This document shows positions 7,545 to 16,048 of a stretch of DNA of 38,501 bases, one piece after another. The notes beneath the pieces were generated by a model, which saw only the letters and a program-made list of their open reading frames with translations, was not told where the DNA came from and made no database searches. The first letter of the stretch is position 1. Each line of letters starts with the position of its first letter. The stretch is from the sequence record SRR2962707_1633. One strand, given 5' to 3'. A program made the position numbers and the translations under genes.

Positions 7545-8171
7545 CTAATCGCGGCCTGCATACTGGTCCGAGCCCTCAACGGCCATCCGTACCAACTCCG
7601 CGAGGCTGTGGGCATGCATCTTGGTCATGATCGTGGCGCGATAGACTTCGACCGTCCGGGGGCTCAGGCCGAGATTGCGGGCGATGGACTTGTTGGGGAG
7701 CCCGTTGACGACTCCTTCGAGAACCTGACGCTCGCGGGTGCTGAGCGACTCCAGCTTCTGACGGGCCGCCTGGCGCTGGTGACGAACCTGGCTCTTTTCC
7801 TGTGCCGCAGCGCAAACCCTGGTGAGGGTGGCCAGAATGGTCTCTTCGCTGAACGGCTTTTCAATGAAATCGCTGGCGCCGGCCTTCATGGCCTCGACGG
7901 CAGCCAGCACGTCTCCATGTCCGGTGACAACGATCACCGGCAGGGTGTTTCCGTCCTTGCGCAAACGCCGCAGCAGATCGATGCCGTTCATTTCCGACAT
8001 GCGCAGATCGGTTACCAGGCAGGCCTCGTGCAAGTTTTCAGCCGTGTCGAGGAATTCGGCCGCTGACGCGTATTTCCGTGATCGCCAGCCCGACGCCGCG
8101 AGCAGAAACGATAGTGACTGACGAACCGGTTCTTCGTCGTCTACGATGTGGATCAGGAAATCACTCGTCAT
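7545..8171 (-). CDS. fixJ: FixJ-family response regulator (REC + LuxR HTH)
   Basis: IHIVDDEEPVRQSL, CLVTDLRMSEMNG, TGHGDVLAAVEAMKAGASDFIEKPF, PNKSIARNLGLSPRTVEVYRA. Confidence 0.9.
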   Translation of the reverse strand: MTSDFLIHIVDDEEPVRQSLSFLLAASGWRSRKYASAAEFLDTAENLHEACLVTDLRMSEMNGIDLLRRLRKDGNTLPVIVVTGHGDVLAAVEAMKAGASDFIEKPFSEETILATLTRVCAAAQEKSQVRHQRQAARQKLESLSTRERQVLEGVVNGLPNKSIARNLGLSPRTVEVYRATIMTKMHAHSLAELVRMAVEGSDQYAGRD

Positions 8172-9618
8172 GAGCCTGAACCTCTCTGTCGACCAAGGGA
8201 AGGGTGAACGTGAAAATCGTTTCTCTGCCCGCTACGGACCGAGCACTTATTGCGCCTCCATGTGCTTCTATAATGCGCTTGGAAATCGAGAGGCCGACCC
8301 CCATGCCGCGCCGTTTCGTCGTTACGAAGGCCTTGAAGATTTCCTCGCCGAAGTCAGGGGGAATACCCTGCCCGGTATCGCTGAGTTCGATCCGCGCGAA
8401 TTGACCGCTGCGCCGTGTGCGTATGGTGATGACCTTGCGCTCGCTGGTTCGCACAGCGTCGGTGGCATTGCGCAGGAGATTGACGATAACCTGCTGGATT
8501 TGGGTCGGGTTGCCCAGGGCCTCAAGCGGCCCGGGGGCCAGGTCGAGTTCGGTAAGAATGCCGTCTTCCCTCGTGCCGGCCAGCGCCAGCGCCATGGCAC
8601 CTTCGATCAGCGTGTTGACGTTGACGATCTCCTTGTCGATCTCGCCCTGTGCCATGAAGATACGAAGGTGATGGATGATGTCGCCGGCGCGCAGCGCCTG
8701 GGTTGCTGCTGCCGCAAGCGACTCGCGCAGTGCAGGAAGCATTGCTGCGTCGAAGACCTCGAGCATGCGCTTGGCGCCCTGCACGTAATTGCTGATTGCC
8801 GAGAGCGGCTGGTTGATTTCATGGGCCAAAGCTGAAGCCATCTCACCCATCTCGCTCATGCGCGACAGCCGGGCCAGTTCGGCTTCGGTTTGTTCGAGCC
8901 GGGTTGCGGCACGCTCGCGCTCGGTCATGTCGCGCGCAAAGCCGATAAACAGAAGGCCTTCGCCGGTCGCGATCCGGACCACGTCGATGCTCATGGGAAA
9001 CGTTGTGCCGTCGCTCCGCTTGCCCCGTAGCAAACGGTTCCGGCCAAGAAACCGGGCAAAGCCGGTGGGCGGATAGTCTGCACTGCCAATGCGATCGAAA
9101 TGATGGGGTTCGGCTATCAGGATCTGGACGCTCCGGGTCAGCACCACTTTCTCGCGATAGCCAAATAATCTCTCGGCCGCCGCGTTGAATGAAACGATCT
9201 CTCCACTCGGTTTGCTCGCTATCGTCGCGTCCGAGATCGTGTCGAGGATGGCCTGCAGGTAGCTCTCCCGCCGTTGCAGGAGCTTGCTCGCCATCAGAGC
9301 CTTGTTCCGTTCCTCGCGCAGGATGCCGCCCAGCCAGGCGATTCCAACACCGACGCCCGCGAACAAGATGAGGTCGGGGCCTTGAGACGTGCTCTCTTCT
9401 TCGGTGAAAAGATACACCAGCGGGAGCGCAAGGACCATGGTGAACACGCCGGGCGCCATGCCGCCCATGCCAGCAGCGAGCAGAATGGCCAGCGCAAAAA
9501 ACATGCCGTTAAATGATGATGTGAAAACGAGGGCGACGGCCAGCTTCAGGGTACTAACAAGGATTAGTCCCGCCAAGCCAATCACATAAGCAATTATTAT
9601 GTCCCTCGGCAGCCCCAT
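8161..9618 (-). CDS. fixL: FixL-like membrane sensor histidine kinase (TM region, PAS, HisKA, HATPase)
   Basis: FixL-type H-box RMSEMGEMASALAHEINQPLSAISNY, PAS with FNAAAERLFGY and GKRSDGTTFPM, G-box GMGVGLSISKRIIEAHGG; overlaps the fixJ start. Confidence 0.8.
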   Translation of the reverse strand: MGLPRDIIIAYVIGLAGLILVSTLKLAVALVFTSSFNGMFFALAILLAAGMGGMAPGVFTMVLALPLVYLFTEEESTSQGPDLILFAGVGVGIAWLGGILREERNKALMASKLLQRRESYLQAILDTISDATIASKPSGEIVSFNAAAERLFGYREKVVLTRSVQILIAEPHHFDRIGSADYPPTGFARFLGRNRLLRGKRSDGTTFPMSIDVVRIATGEGLLFIGFARDMTERERAATRLEQTEAELARLSRMSEMGEMASALAHEINQPLSAISNYVQGAKRMLEVFDAAMLPALRESLAAAATQALRAGDIIHHLRIFMAQGEIDKEIVNVNTLIEGAMALALAGTREDGILTELDLAPGPLEALGNPTQIQQVIVNLLRNATDAVRTSERKVITIRTRRSGQFARIELSDTGQGIPPDFGEEIFKAFVTTKRRGMGVGLSISKRIIEAHGGAISARSVAGRETIFTFTLPLVDREVQAHDE

Positions 9619-9715
9619 GACAACAGTAGCACCCGGTTTCCGGCCGCAGGGTAAAATCTTGTCGGAAAAGCGGCAAGTAAATTAAAAAAGAGCGTATGGC
9701 GGAGGCGTGTGCGGG

Positions 9716-11227
9716 TTACGACCTGGCAGATGCCGGCGTGCTGCGTTTCGTGCGGAGCGCACTCCAGACGAAATAGACGATCAGCAGAGCCCCGATGGCA
9801 AGGACAGTTGCGCTGATGGGGCGCTCGAAAAACACCCAAGGGTCACCGCGCGACAGCAGCAGGGACCGGCGCAGATTGGTTTCGATCAGCGGGCCGAGCA
9901 CCAGGCCCAAAAGCAGCGGGGCAGGGGAAAAGCGCATCAGGCGCAGGCCATAGCCGACGAGCCCGAACGTAACGGCCAGCATCACGTCGAACACCGAATT
10001 GTGGATGGAGAAAACGCCGACGCAGATGAAAACCAGAATGGCCGGATAGAGCAGGCCATAGGGAATGGAGAGGATCCGCACCCATACCCCGATCAGTGGC
10101 AGGTTGAGGATCAGAAGCATGATGTTGCCGATGAGAAAGCTGACGGTCAGGCCCCAGAACAGTTCGGGCTGATCGACCACGAGACGCGGGCCAGGCACGA
10201 TGCCGTGGATGATGAGCGCGCCGAGCATGATGGCGACGATGGCATCGCCGGGGATGCCGAGGCTGAGGGTGGGGATGAAGGCGGTCTGTGCGGCGGCGTT
10301 GTTGGCCGCCTCGGGGGCGACGACCCCTTCGATGGCGCCCTTGCCCAGCTGGTCGCGATTGGGCGAAACGCGCTTTTCGACGGCATAGGCAACGAAGGTC
10401 GATAGGGCCGCTCCGGTGCCGGGCAGGATGCCGAGCACCGAACCGATGCCAGTGCCGCGGATGGCCGGCATGAGCGAACGTTTCCAGTCGCCCCGCGTGG
10501 GGAGCAGGGAGCGCCAGGTGACATTCATGGCTTGCACCGTGCCGCGCTTGATGCGGCCGGCATTGGCGATGACCTCGGAAATGCCGAACAGGCCCGTTGT
10601 GATGATGACTAGGTTCAGCCCGTCGCCGAGTTCGGGGAAGCCGCCGGTAAACCGGCGCACGCCGCTGTTGACGTCGGTGCCCACGATGCCGAGCAGCAAG
10701 CCGAGCACCACCATGGCAAGGGAGCGGGCCGGAGAGCCATCGCCGACCAGGGCAGCTGCGAGCAGGCCCACGGCCATCAGCGCGAAATATTCCGGTGAGC
10801 CGAAGGTGAGTGCAATCCGGGCCAGCGCGGGCGCAAAGGCGGCAAGGATGAGGATACCGACCATGCCGCCGGCAAAGGACGCGATGGTTGTGGCAAACAG
10901 CGCCACACCGGCCCGGCCCTGCCGCGCCATGGGATAGCCGTCGAGACAGGCCACGGCGGCCCCGGCGGTGCCGGGCAGATTGAGCAGGATGGACGCTGTC
11001 GAGCCGCCATACATCGAGCCGTAATAGATGCCGGCCAGCATGATGATGGCATCGGTCGGGCCAGCATAAAAGGTCAGGGGCAGCAGCATGCCGACCGTTG
11101 CGAGCGGGCCGATGCCGGGCAGGACGCCGATGAACATGCCCAGGGTGACGCCGAGAGCGCAATAGAAGAGGGACGAGGTCGACAGCGCGACCGAAAAGCC
11201 CAGGGCGAGATTGTCGAACAGTTCCAT
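9716..11227 (-). CDS. tctA: Tripartite tricarboxylate transporter large permease TctA
   Basis: GVLPGIGP, GIYYGSMYGGS, PEAANNAAAQTAFIPTLSLGIPG, GLVLGPLIETNLRRSL. Confidence 0.95.
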   Translation of the reverse strand: MELFDNLALGFSVALSTSSLFYCALGVTLGMFIGVLPGIGPLATVGMLLPLTFYAGPTDAIIMLAGIYYGSMYGGSTASILLNLPGTAGAAVACLDGYPMARQGRAGVALFATTIASFAGGMVGILILAAFAPALARIALTFGSPEYFALMAVGLLAAALVGDGSPARSLAMVVLGLLLGIVGTDVNSGVRRFTGGFPELGDGLNLVIITTGLFGISEVIANAGRIKRGTVQAMNVTWRSLLPTRGDWKRSLMPAIRGTGIGSVLGILPGTGAALSTFVAYAVEKRVSPNRDQLGKGAIEGVVAPEAANNAAAQTAFIPTLSLGIPGDAIVAIMLGALIIHGIVPGPRLVVDQPELFWGLTVSFLIGNIMLLILNLPLIGVWVRILSIPYGLLYPAILVFICVGVFSIHNSVFDVMLAVTFGLVGYGLRLMRFSPAPLLLGLVLGPLIETNLRRSLLLSRGDPWVFFERPISATVLAIGALLIVYFVWSALRTKRSTPASARS

Positions 11228-11685
11228 CAGAAGGGCCAGTCTATCGGTGCGATGGGCATTTTCAGGAAGGTGATGAAGACCAGCGTGCAGCCGAGCGCCA
11301 AGCCGGTGGCCAGAAGAAGCACGCTCAGCGGACGCAGCGAGCGATCGGCGAGCGCAGAGATCATGACACTGGCAACAATCGCAGGGATGAGCCCGAACGG
11401 GACGACAAGCAGCGCAAAAGCGATAGGGCCGCCAGCTACGGTGAGCAAGCTCGTCAGCGGGACCGGGGTTTGCGGTATCGTGCCGGCGCGCAGATCTTCA
11501 ATGATGATGGCGATCCCGGCGATAATGAGGAGCACTGATAGCCCGAGGGGAAAGACAGCGGGGCCGATCTGACCGATGCTGCCCAACGGGTAGCGAAACG
11601 ATTCGATAAACGCCGCCGCGCCCACGAGAAGTGTGACAGCGCCGGTGACTGCCGGCCGAACAGGAACCTGACGAGATTTTGCCAC
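11227..11685 (-). CDS. tctB: TTT small permease TctB
   Basis: Probable GTG start at 11685 (GGGGAG upstream); YPLGSIGQIGPAVFP motif, 4-5 TM helices, stop overlaps the tctA start. Confidence 0.85.
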   Translation of the reverse strand: MAKSRQVPVRPAVTGAVTLLVGAAAFIESFRYPLGSIGQIGPAVFPLGLSVLLIIAGIAIIIEDLRAGTIPQTPVPLTSLLTVAGGPIAFALLVVPFGLIPAIVASVMISALADRSLRPLSVLLLATGLALGCTLVFITFLKMPIAPIDWPF

Positions 11686-11760
11686 CGGGTGCGAGTCTCC
11701 CCTCGCGTTGCAGGCTGAACCGGCATGCCCTCTTGCAATGCTGGACCTGTGTGATAGCCT

Positions 11761-11776
11761 GTTCACAAATGTGAAT
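11761..11776. promoter_or_regulatory. Candidate IclR operator GTTCACAAATGTGAAT
   Basis: Imperfect palindrome between divergent tctB and iclR; a similar 16-mer occurs at 12647-12662. Confidence 0.5.
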
Positions 11777-11787
11777 AGGTTTACAAT

Positions 11788-12549
11788 ATGAGACAGCCAT
11801 CAATCCGAAAAGTCAAGTCGGCAGATCGCACGCTCGATCTTTTGGAAACGCTGGCCGGGGCATTGTCGCCGCTGAGCGCGACGGAAATTTCCACAGCGCT
11901 GGAAATTCCGAAAAGCAGCCTTTTTCATTTGCTGGGAACGCTCGAAGAGCGTGGCTATCTCAGCCAGGATAACTATGCCGGCTATACGCTGGGCCCGGCC
12001 GCCGCCCGCCTCGCGAGCGCGGCGATGTCTGAGCCTTCAGTGCTGACGGTGCTGGAGAGCGTGCTCGACGAGTTGCGCGACGCGATCAACGAAAGTTGCA
12101 GCTTCAACGTGGAAAAGGGCGATGAGGTCGAAGTGGTGGCGACGCGAGCAGGGCGCAACGCGTTGACCTATACAATGCAGGTCGGTGACCTGGCGCCGCT
12201 GTATGCCGTTTCTTCGGGAAAAATCTTTCTGGCCAACAAGACGCGCGACTGGTTCGACGCCTATCTCGACCGGGTCCGTTTCGAGCGCTTTACGCCCAAT
12301 ACCATCCAGTCCCACGAACGCCTGCTGCGTGAAATCGAGCGGACGCGGGCCGAGGGAATTGGGTTTGTGGAGGAAGAATTCACGCCCGGCATAATCGGGA
12401 TGGGCGCGGTGGTCCGCCAGCAGGGACAGATCGTTGGCGCTATCAACGTCGCGGTGCCCAGCCCCCGGTTCAGCCCCCAGAAGGCCTCGCAGGTGCGCCA
12501 GCATCTGCGGCAGGCCGTGAGCCGGGCTGAGAGCCTGCTCGGCAGCTAA
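11788..12549 (+). CDS. IclR-family transcriptional regulator
   Basis: VKSADRTLDLLE..EISTALEIPKSSLFHLLGTLEERGYL wHTH; PLYAVSSGK; EEFTPGIIGMGA; GAINVAVP. Confidence 0.93.
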   Translation: MRQPSIRKVKSADRTLDLLETLAGALSPLSATEISTALEIPKSSLFHLLGTLEERGYLSQDNYAGYTLGPAAARLASAAMSEPSVLTVLESVLDELRDAINESCSFNVEKGDEVEVVATRAGRNALTYTMQVGDLAPLYAVSSGKIFLANKTRDWFDAYLDRVRFERFTPNTIQSHERLLREIERTRAEGIGFVEEEFTPGIIGMGAVVRQQGQIVGAINVAVPSPRFSPQKASQVRQHLRQAVSRAESLLGS

Positions 12550-12646
12550 ACTGTTCATCAGCCATCGGTGCCCTTCGCGTCAGCGGTTCCCGGGAGCGGC
12601 TTGACATGCGGTGCCGCGCGTGCACTTTTGTTTATGAATAGGAATA

Positions 12647-12662
12647 GTTTATATATGTAAAC
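12647..12662. promoter_or_regulatory. Candidate IclR operator GTTTATATATGTAAAC upstream of the tctC operon
   Basis: Palindrome downstream of TTGACA (12601-12606); shares the consensus GTTYAYAWATGTRAAY with 11761-11776. Confidence 0.5.
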
Positions 12663-12692
12663 AATTATTTGAAAGACATGGAGGAGGATCCA

Positions 12693-13664
12693 ATGACTTT
12701 TCGCAAATCGATACTGGCCGGTCTGACGGTTGCGCTGGCGTTTGCCGCTGTGCCGGCCATGGGCCAGCAATGGCCCGAGCGTCCCGTCAATATGGTGGTG
12801 GCCTACGGAGCGGGCGGGGGAACCGACACGCTGGCCCGTATCGTGGCGGACCCGCTTTCGCGCATCGTCGGCCAACCAGTGGTCGTTGAAAACCGCCCCG
12901 GCGCGGGCGGAACGATCGGCGCGGATGCCGCGGCCAAGGCCACACCGGATGGCTATACGCTGTATATGATGGCCAACGGCCACACTGTGGCCGGCGCCAT
13001 GTATGCAAGCCTGCCCTACGATCCGGTCGGCGACTTCCAGGGGATTTCCGAGGTTGCCGCCATGCCGCTCGTTGTCGTGGCGCGCCCCGATTTCGAAGCC
13101 GATACGCTCGAAGAGCTTATAGCGCTTGCCGCGGAACGCCCGGGCGAACTCAATTTCGCCAGCGTCGGCGTGGGTTCGTCGCAGCATTTTGCCGGCGAAC
13201 TTCTGGCGGAAACCGCCGGCATCGACATGATGCACATTCCCTATCAGGGCACGCCCGAAGCTCTGGCCGCAGTCCTTTCGGGGGAAGTGGACATGCTGGT
13301 CGAGGTGCTGGCACCGATGCTGGGCCAGATCAGCAGCGGTGACATCAAGGCCATCGTGGCGACGAGCGCCGAGCGTCATCCCAAAATCGCTGACGTCGCA
13401 ACCGTCGCCGAGGCCGGTTTCGAAGGGTTCGATGTTTCCACCTGGTATGGCATCGCTGTGCCGTCCGGAATGGATGCCGGGCTGGCCGAAGAGATCAACG
13501 CAGCGGTCTCGGCGGCGCTCGAAGACGAGGCGCTCATCAATCAGCTCGGGGAATCGGGCTATATCGTTGGGGCCTCGGAGCCCGAAGCCTTCACCGCCAA
13601 GATCGGCTCGGAAGTCGAGCGCTGGACCGCCGTTCGCGTCAGCGCCGGTATCGACCAGATCTAG
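12693..13664 (+). CDS. tctC: TTT substrate-binding protein (Bug/TctC family)
   Basis: ATG 12693 after GGAGGAGG; signal peptide; WPERPVNMVVAYGAGGGTD, VVENRPGAGG, PDGYTL, HIPYQG. Confidence 0.93.
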   Translation: MTFRKSILAGLTVALAFAAVPAMGQQWPERPVNMVVAYGAGGGTDTLARIVADPLSRIVGQPVVVENRPGAGGTIGADAAAKATPDGYTLYMMANGHTVAGAMYASLPYDPVGDFQGISEVAAMPLVVVARPDFEADTLEELIALAAERPGELNFASVGVGSSQHFAGELLAETAGIDMMHIPYQGTPEALAAVLSGEVDMLVEVLAPMLGQISSGDIKAIVATSAERHPKIADVATVAEAGFEGFDVSTWYGIAVPSGMDAGLAEEINAAVSAALEDEALINQLGESGYIVGASEPEAFTAKIGSEVERWTAVRVSAGIDQI

Positions 13665-13726
13665 GGCAATCCATGGGCCGCGCCGATGGGCGCGGTCCTT
13701 CACCTTTTGCGGAATTATTCATCCCC

Positions 13727-14314
13727 ATGACCAGAACGCTAAATCTGCTCACTGTTTGCGGTAGCCTGCGCCAGGGCTCGTTCAACCGCATGGTGGCCAA
13801 TACCCTGCCCGATCTCGCGCCCGATGGAGTCTCGATTGTCGAAGCGCCCTCGATTGGCGATCTTCCGCTCTACAATGCCGATATCCAGAACGCCGACGGA
13901 TTTCCGGCTGCCGTAACCGCGCTGGGCGAAGCCATTCGCGCTGCTGACGGGGTGGTCTTTGTGTCGCCCGAGTATAATTTTTCGGTTCCCGGCGTGCTCA
14001 AGAATGCGCTGGACTGGGTGTCGCGACTGCCCGACCAGCCCTTCAAGGGCAAGCCCATCGCGCTGCAATCGGCGGCGACCGGGATGTTGGGGGGTGCGCG
14101 GGCGCAGTATCACATGCGCCAGATTATGGTGTTTCTCGAAGCCCTGGTGTTCACCAAGCCGGAAATCTTCGTGTCCTTTGCCAAGGACAAGGTGGACCCG
14201 CAGACCGGCCGCCTTGTCGATGAAACAACCCGCACGATGATCGCCAGCCAGTTAGACGGCTTTGCGCAGTTTGTCGCCCGCGTGGGCCCAGCCCAAACCG
14301 GAGAACAACGATGA
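13727..14314 (+). CDS. NAD(P)H-dependent FMN/quinone reductase (YieF/chromate-reductase type)
   Basis: GSLRQGSFNR, LPLYNAD, SPEYNFSVPGVLKNALDWVSR, GGARAQYHMRQ; probable start ATG 13727. Confidence 0.9.
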   Translation: MTRTLNLLTVCGSLRQGSFNRMVANTLPDLAPDGVSIVEAPSIGDLPLYNADIQNADGFPAAVTALGEAIRAADGVVFVSPEYNFSVPGVLKNALDWVSRLPDQPFKGKPIALQSAATGMLGGARAQYHMRQIMVFLEALVFTKPEIFVSFAKDKVDPQTGRLVDETTRTMIASQLDGFAQFVARVGPAQTGEQR

Positions 14315-14934
14315 CGATGCCGCAGGATTTGGTCGACCGCCTTGCCATTCGCGATCTCGTTGAGAACTGGGCCGTTTGGCGCGATGCCGGAGACTGGACG
14401 CGCTTCCGGACGTGTTGGCACGATGATGGCGTGATGCAGGCGACCTGGTTTCAAGGGACGGCGGATGAATTCATACGCGTCAGCCGCGAAGGGTTCGAGA
14501 AGGGTGTGAGCATCCTCCATTTCCTCGGCGGCACTTCGATCGATCTTTCGGGAGATCGAGCCATCGCCCAGACCAAGATGACCATCTCTCAACGTGGAGA
14601 CGTGGACGGGGTTTTGTGCGACGTTGTTTGCACGGGGCGGTTCTACGACTTTCTGGAGAAGCGCGACGGCAAATGGGGTGTGGTGCTGCGCCAGCCAATT
14701 TATGAGAAGGATCGGCTCGATCCTCTCGATCCGGCTGCCCAATTGCGGCTCGACAAGGAGCTGTTGGAACGCTTTCCGGCCGGGTATTGTCATCTGGCCT
14801 ATATTCAGACGCGCATCGGCTATGTGGTGAAAAAAGACATGCCCGGATTGGTCGGACCTGAAGTCGAGGCGCTTTATGCGCGGGGCGCGGAATGGCTTTC
14901 GGGCGCTGCGCTGTCCGCCAAAGCATCGGCCTGA
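14311..14934 (+). CDS. NTF2/SnoaL_4-fold protein; candidate cofactor-free hydroxybenzoate decarboxylase (AGDC1/PPP2-like)
   Basis: RLAIRDLVENWAVWRDAGDW, ATW, SILHFLGG, GRFYDFLEKRDGKW, IYEKDR, GYCHLAY; coupled to the upstream reductase by an ATGA overlap. Confidence 0.7.
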   Translation: MTMPQDLVDRLAIRDLVENWAVWRDAGDWTRFRTCWHDDGVMQATWFQGTADEFIRVSREGFEKGVSILHFLGGTSIDLSGDRAIAQTKMTISQRGDVDGVLCDVVCTGRFYDFLEKRDGKWGVVLRQPIYEKDRLDPLDPAAQLRLDKELLERFPAGYCHLAYIQTRIGYVVKKDMPGLVGPEVEALYARGAEWLSGAALSAKASA

Positions 14935-14941
14935 CCTGGCG

Positions 14942-16048
14942 ATGAGCAGGGCGTTTACATACCGGAGTCTGCCCAGCGATATCCGGTTCGGCCCGGGCCT
15001 CCGGCACGGGCTGGCCGATCTGCTCGAAGGGGCGGGACTTTCGCGTGCGCTGGTTTTGACCACGCCGGGACAGGCCGGACTAGGGCATCAAGCACTCAAG
15101 ATACTGAATGGACTGGCTGTCGGGTTGTTCGATGGCGCGCGCATGCACACGCCGACCGAAGTGACCGGACGGGCGCTCGAGGAAGCGCAAAGGCTTGGCG
15201 CTGACTGCCTCGTGGCGGTCGGGGGCGGGTCGACCATCGGGTTGTCCAAGGCGGTATCGGTGCGCACCGGGCTGACGCAGATCGTCGTCCCCACCACCTA
15301 CGCGGGCTCGGAAGTGACACCCATTCTGGGCGAGACCGAGAACGGGCAAAAGGTCACACGGCGGGACGACGCCATCCTGCCGCGGTTTGTTATTTACGAT
15401 CCCGAATTGACCTATGCGCTGCCCGTACAGATAAGCGTGACGAGTGGGTTCAACGCGCTGGCCCACGCCGTCGAGGCTCTTTATGCGCCCGACAGCTCGC
15501 CGATCGTGGGCTTGATGGCACGGGAGGCCATCGCCGTCATGGTGGGGGCGTTGCCGGTCATCAAAGCCGATCCCGGCAATAGCGAGGCCCGGGCCGAGGC
15601 GCTCTATGCCGCCTGGCTGTGCGGAACGTGCCTGGGCAGCACGACCATGGGGTTGCATCACAAGATCTGTCACGTCCTGGGCGGAAGCTTCGATCTTCCG
15701 CACGCTGCAACCCATTGCATCATGCTGCCCCATGTTCTCGCCTATAACAGCGTGGCCGCCCGGCCCGCCTATGAGCAGATCGGCGCGATCCTCGATACCG
15801 ACCGGCCCGAGCTTGCGCTGTTTGAACTTGTTGCATCGCTGGATGGGCCCTTGGCGCTCAACGCGATCGGCATGCCTGAAGCCGGGCTGGACGCGGTTGT
15901 CGGGCAACTCGGCGCTTCGCCCTACGCCAATCCTGCCCCGCTTGTCACCGAACGGTTGCGGGCCATGCTGGCCGACGCCTGGGCGGGTCGTCCGCCGGTG
16001 CGGGACGGTGCCTCGGCGATGCGTGCGCAAAATAGGAGGCTGGGATGA
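14942..16048 (+). CDS. Maleylacetate reductase (iron-ADH superfamily)
   Basis: Probable start ATG 14942; ARMHTPTEVT, GGGSTIGLSKA, PTTYAGSEVT, NALAHAVEALY, GLHHKICHVLGGSFDLPHA. Confidence 0.92.
   Translation: MSRAFTYRSLPSDIRFGPGLRHGLADLLEGAGLSRALVLTTPGQAGLGHQALKILNGLAVGLFDGARMHTPTEVTGRALEEAQRLGADCLVAVGGGSTIGLSKAVSVRTGLTQIVVPTTYAGSEVTPILGETENGQKVTRRDDAILPRFVIYDPELTYALPVQISVTSGFNALAHAVEALYAPDSSPIVGLMAREAIAVMVGALPVIKADPGNSEARAEALYAAWLCGTCLGSTTMGLHHKICHVLGGSFDLPHAATHCIMLPHVLAYNSVAARPAYEQIGAILDTDRPELALFELVASLDGPLALNAIGMPEAGLDAVVGQLGASPYANPAPLVTERLRAMLADAWAGRPPVRDGASAMRAQNRRLG

Noticed and set aside
9843-13703. Arg/Pro-rich 439-aa and 381-aa ORFs
   Set aside because: Alternative-frame or antisense overlaps of tctA and tctC.
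13727-14314. Chromate-resistance role or the symbol chrR
   Set aside because: Family resemblance only. The catabolic context favours quinone reduction, and it is unrelated to the anti-sigma chrR at 18083.
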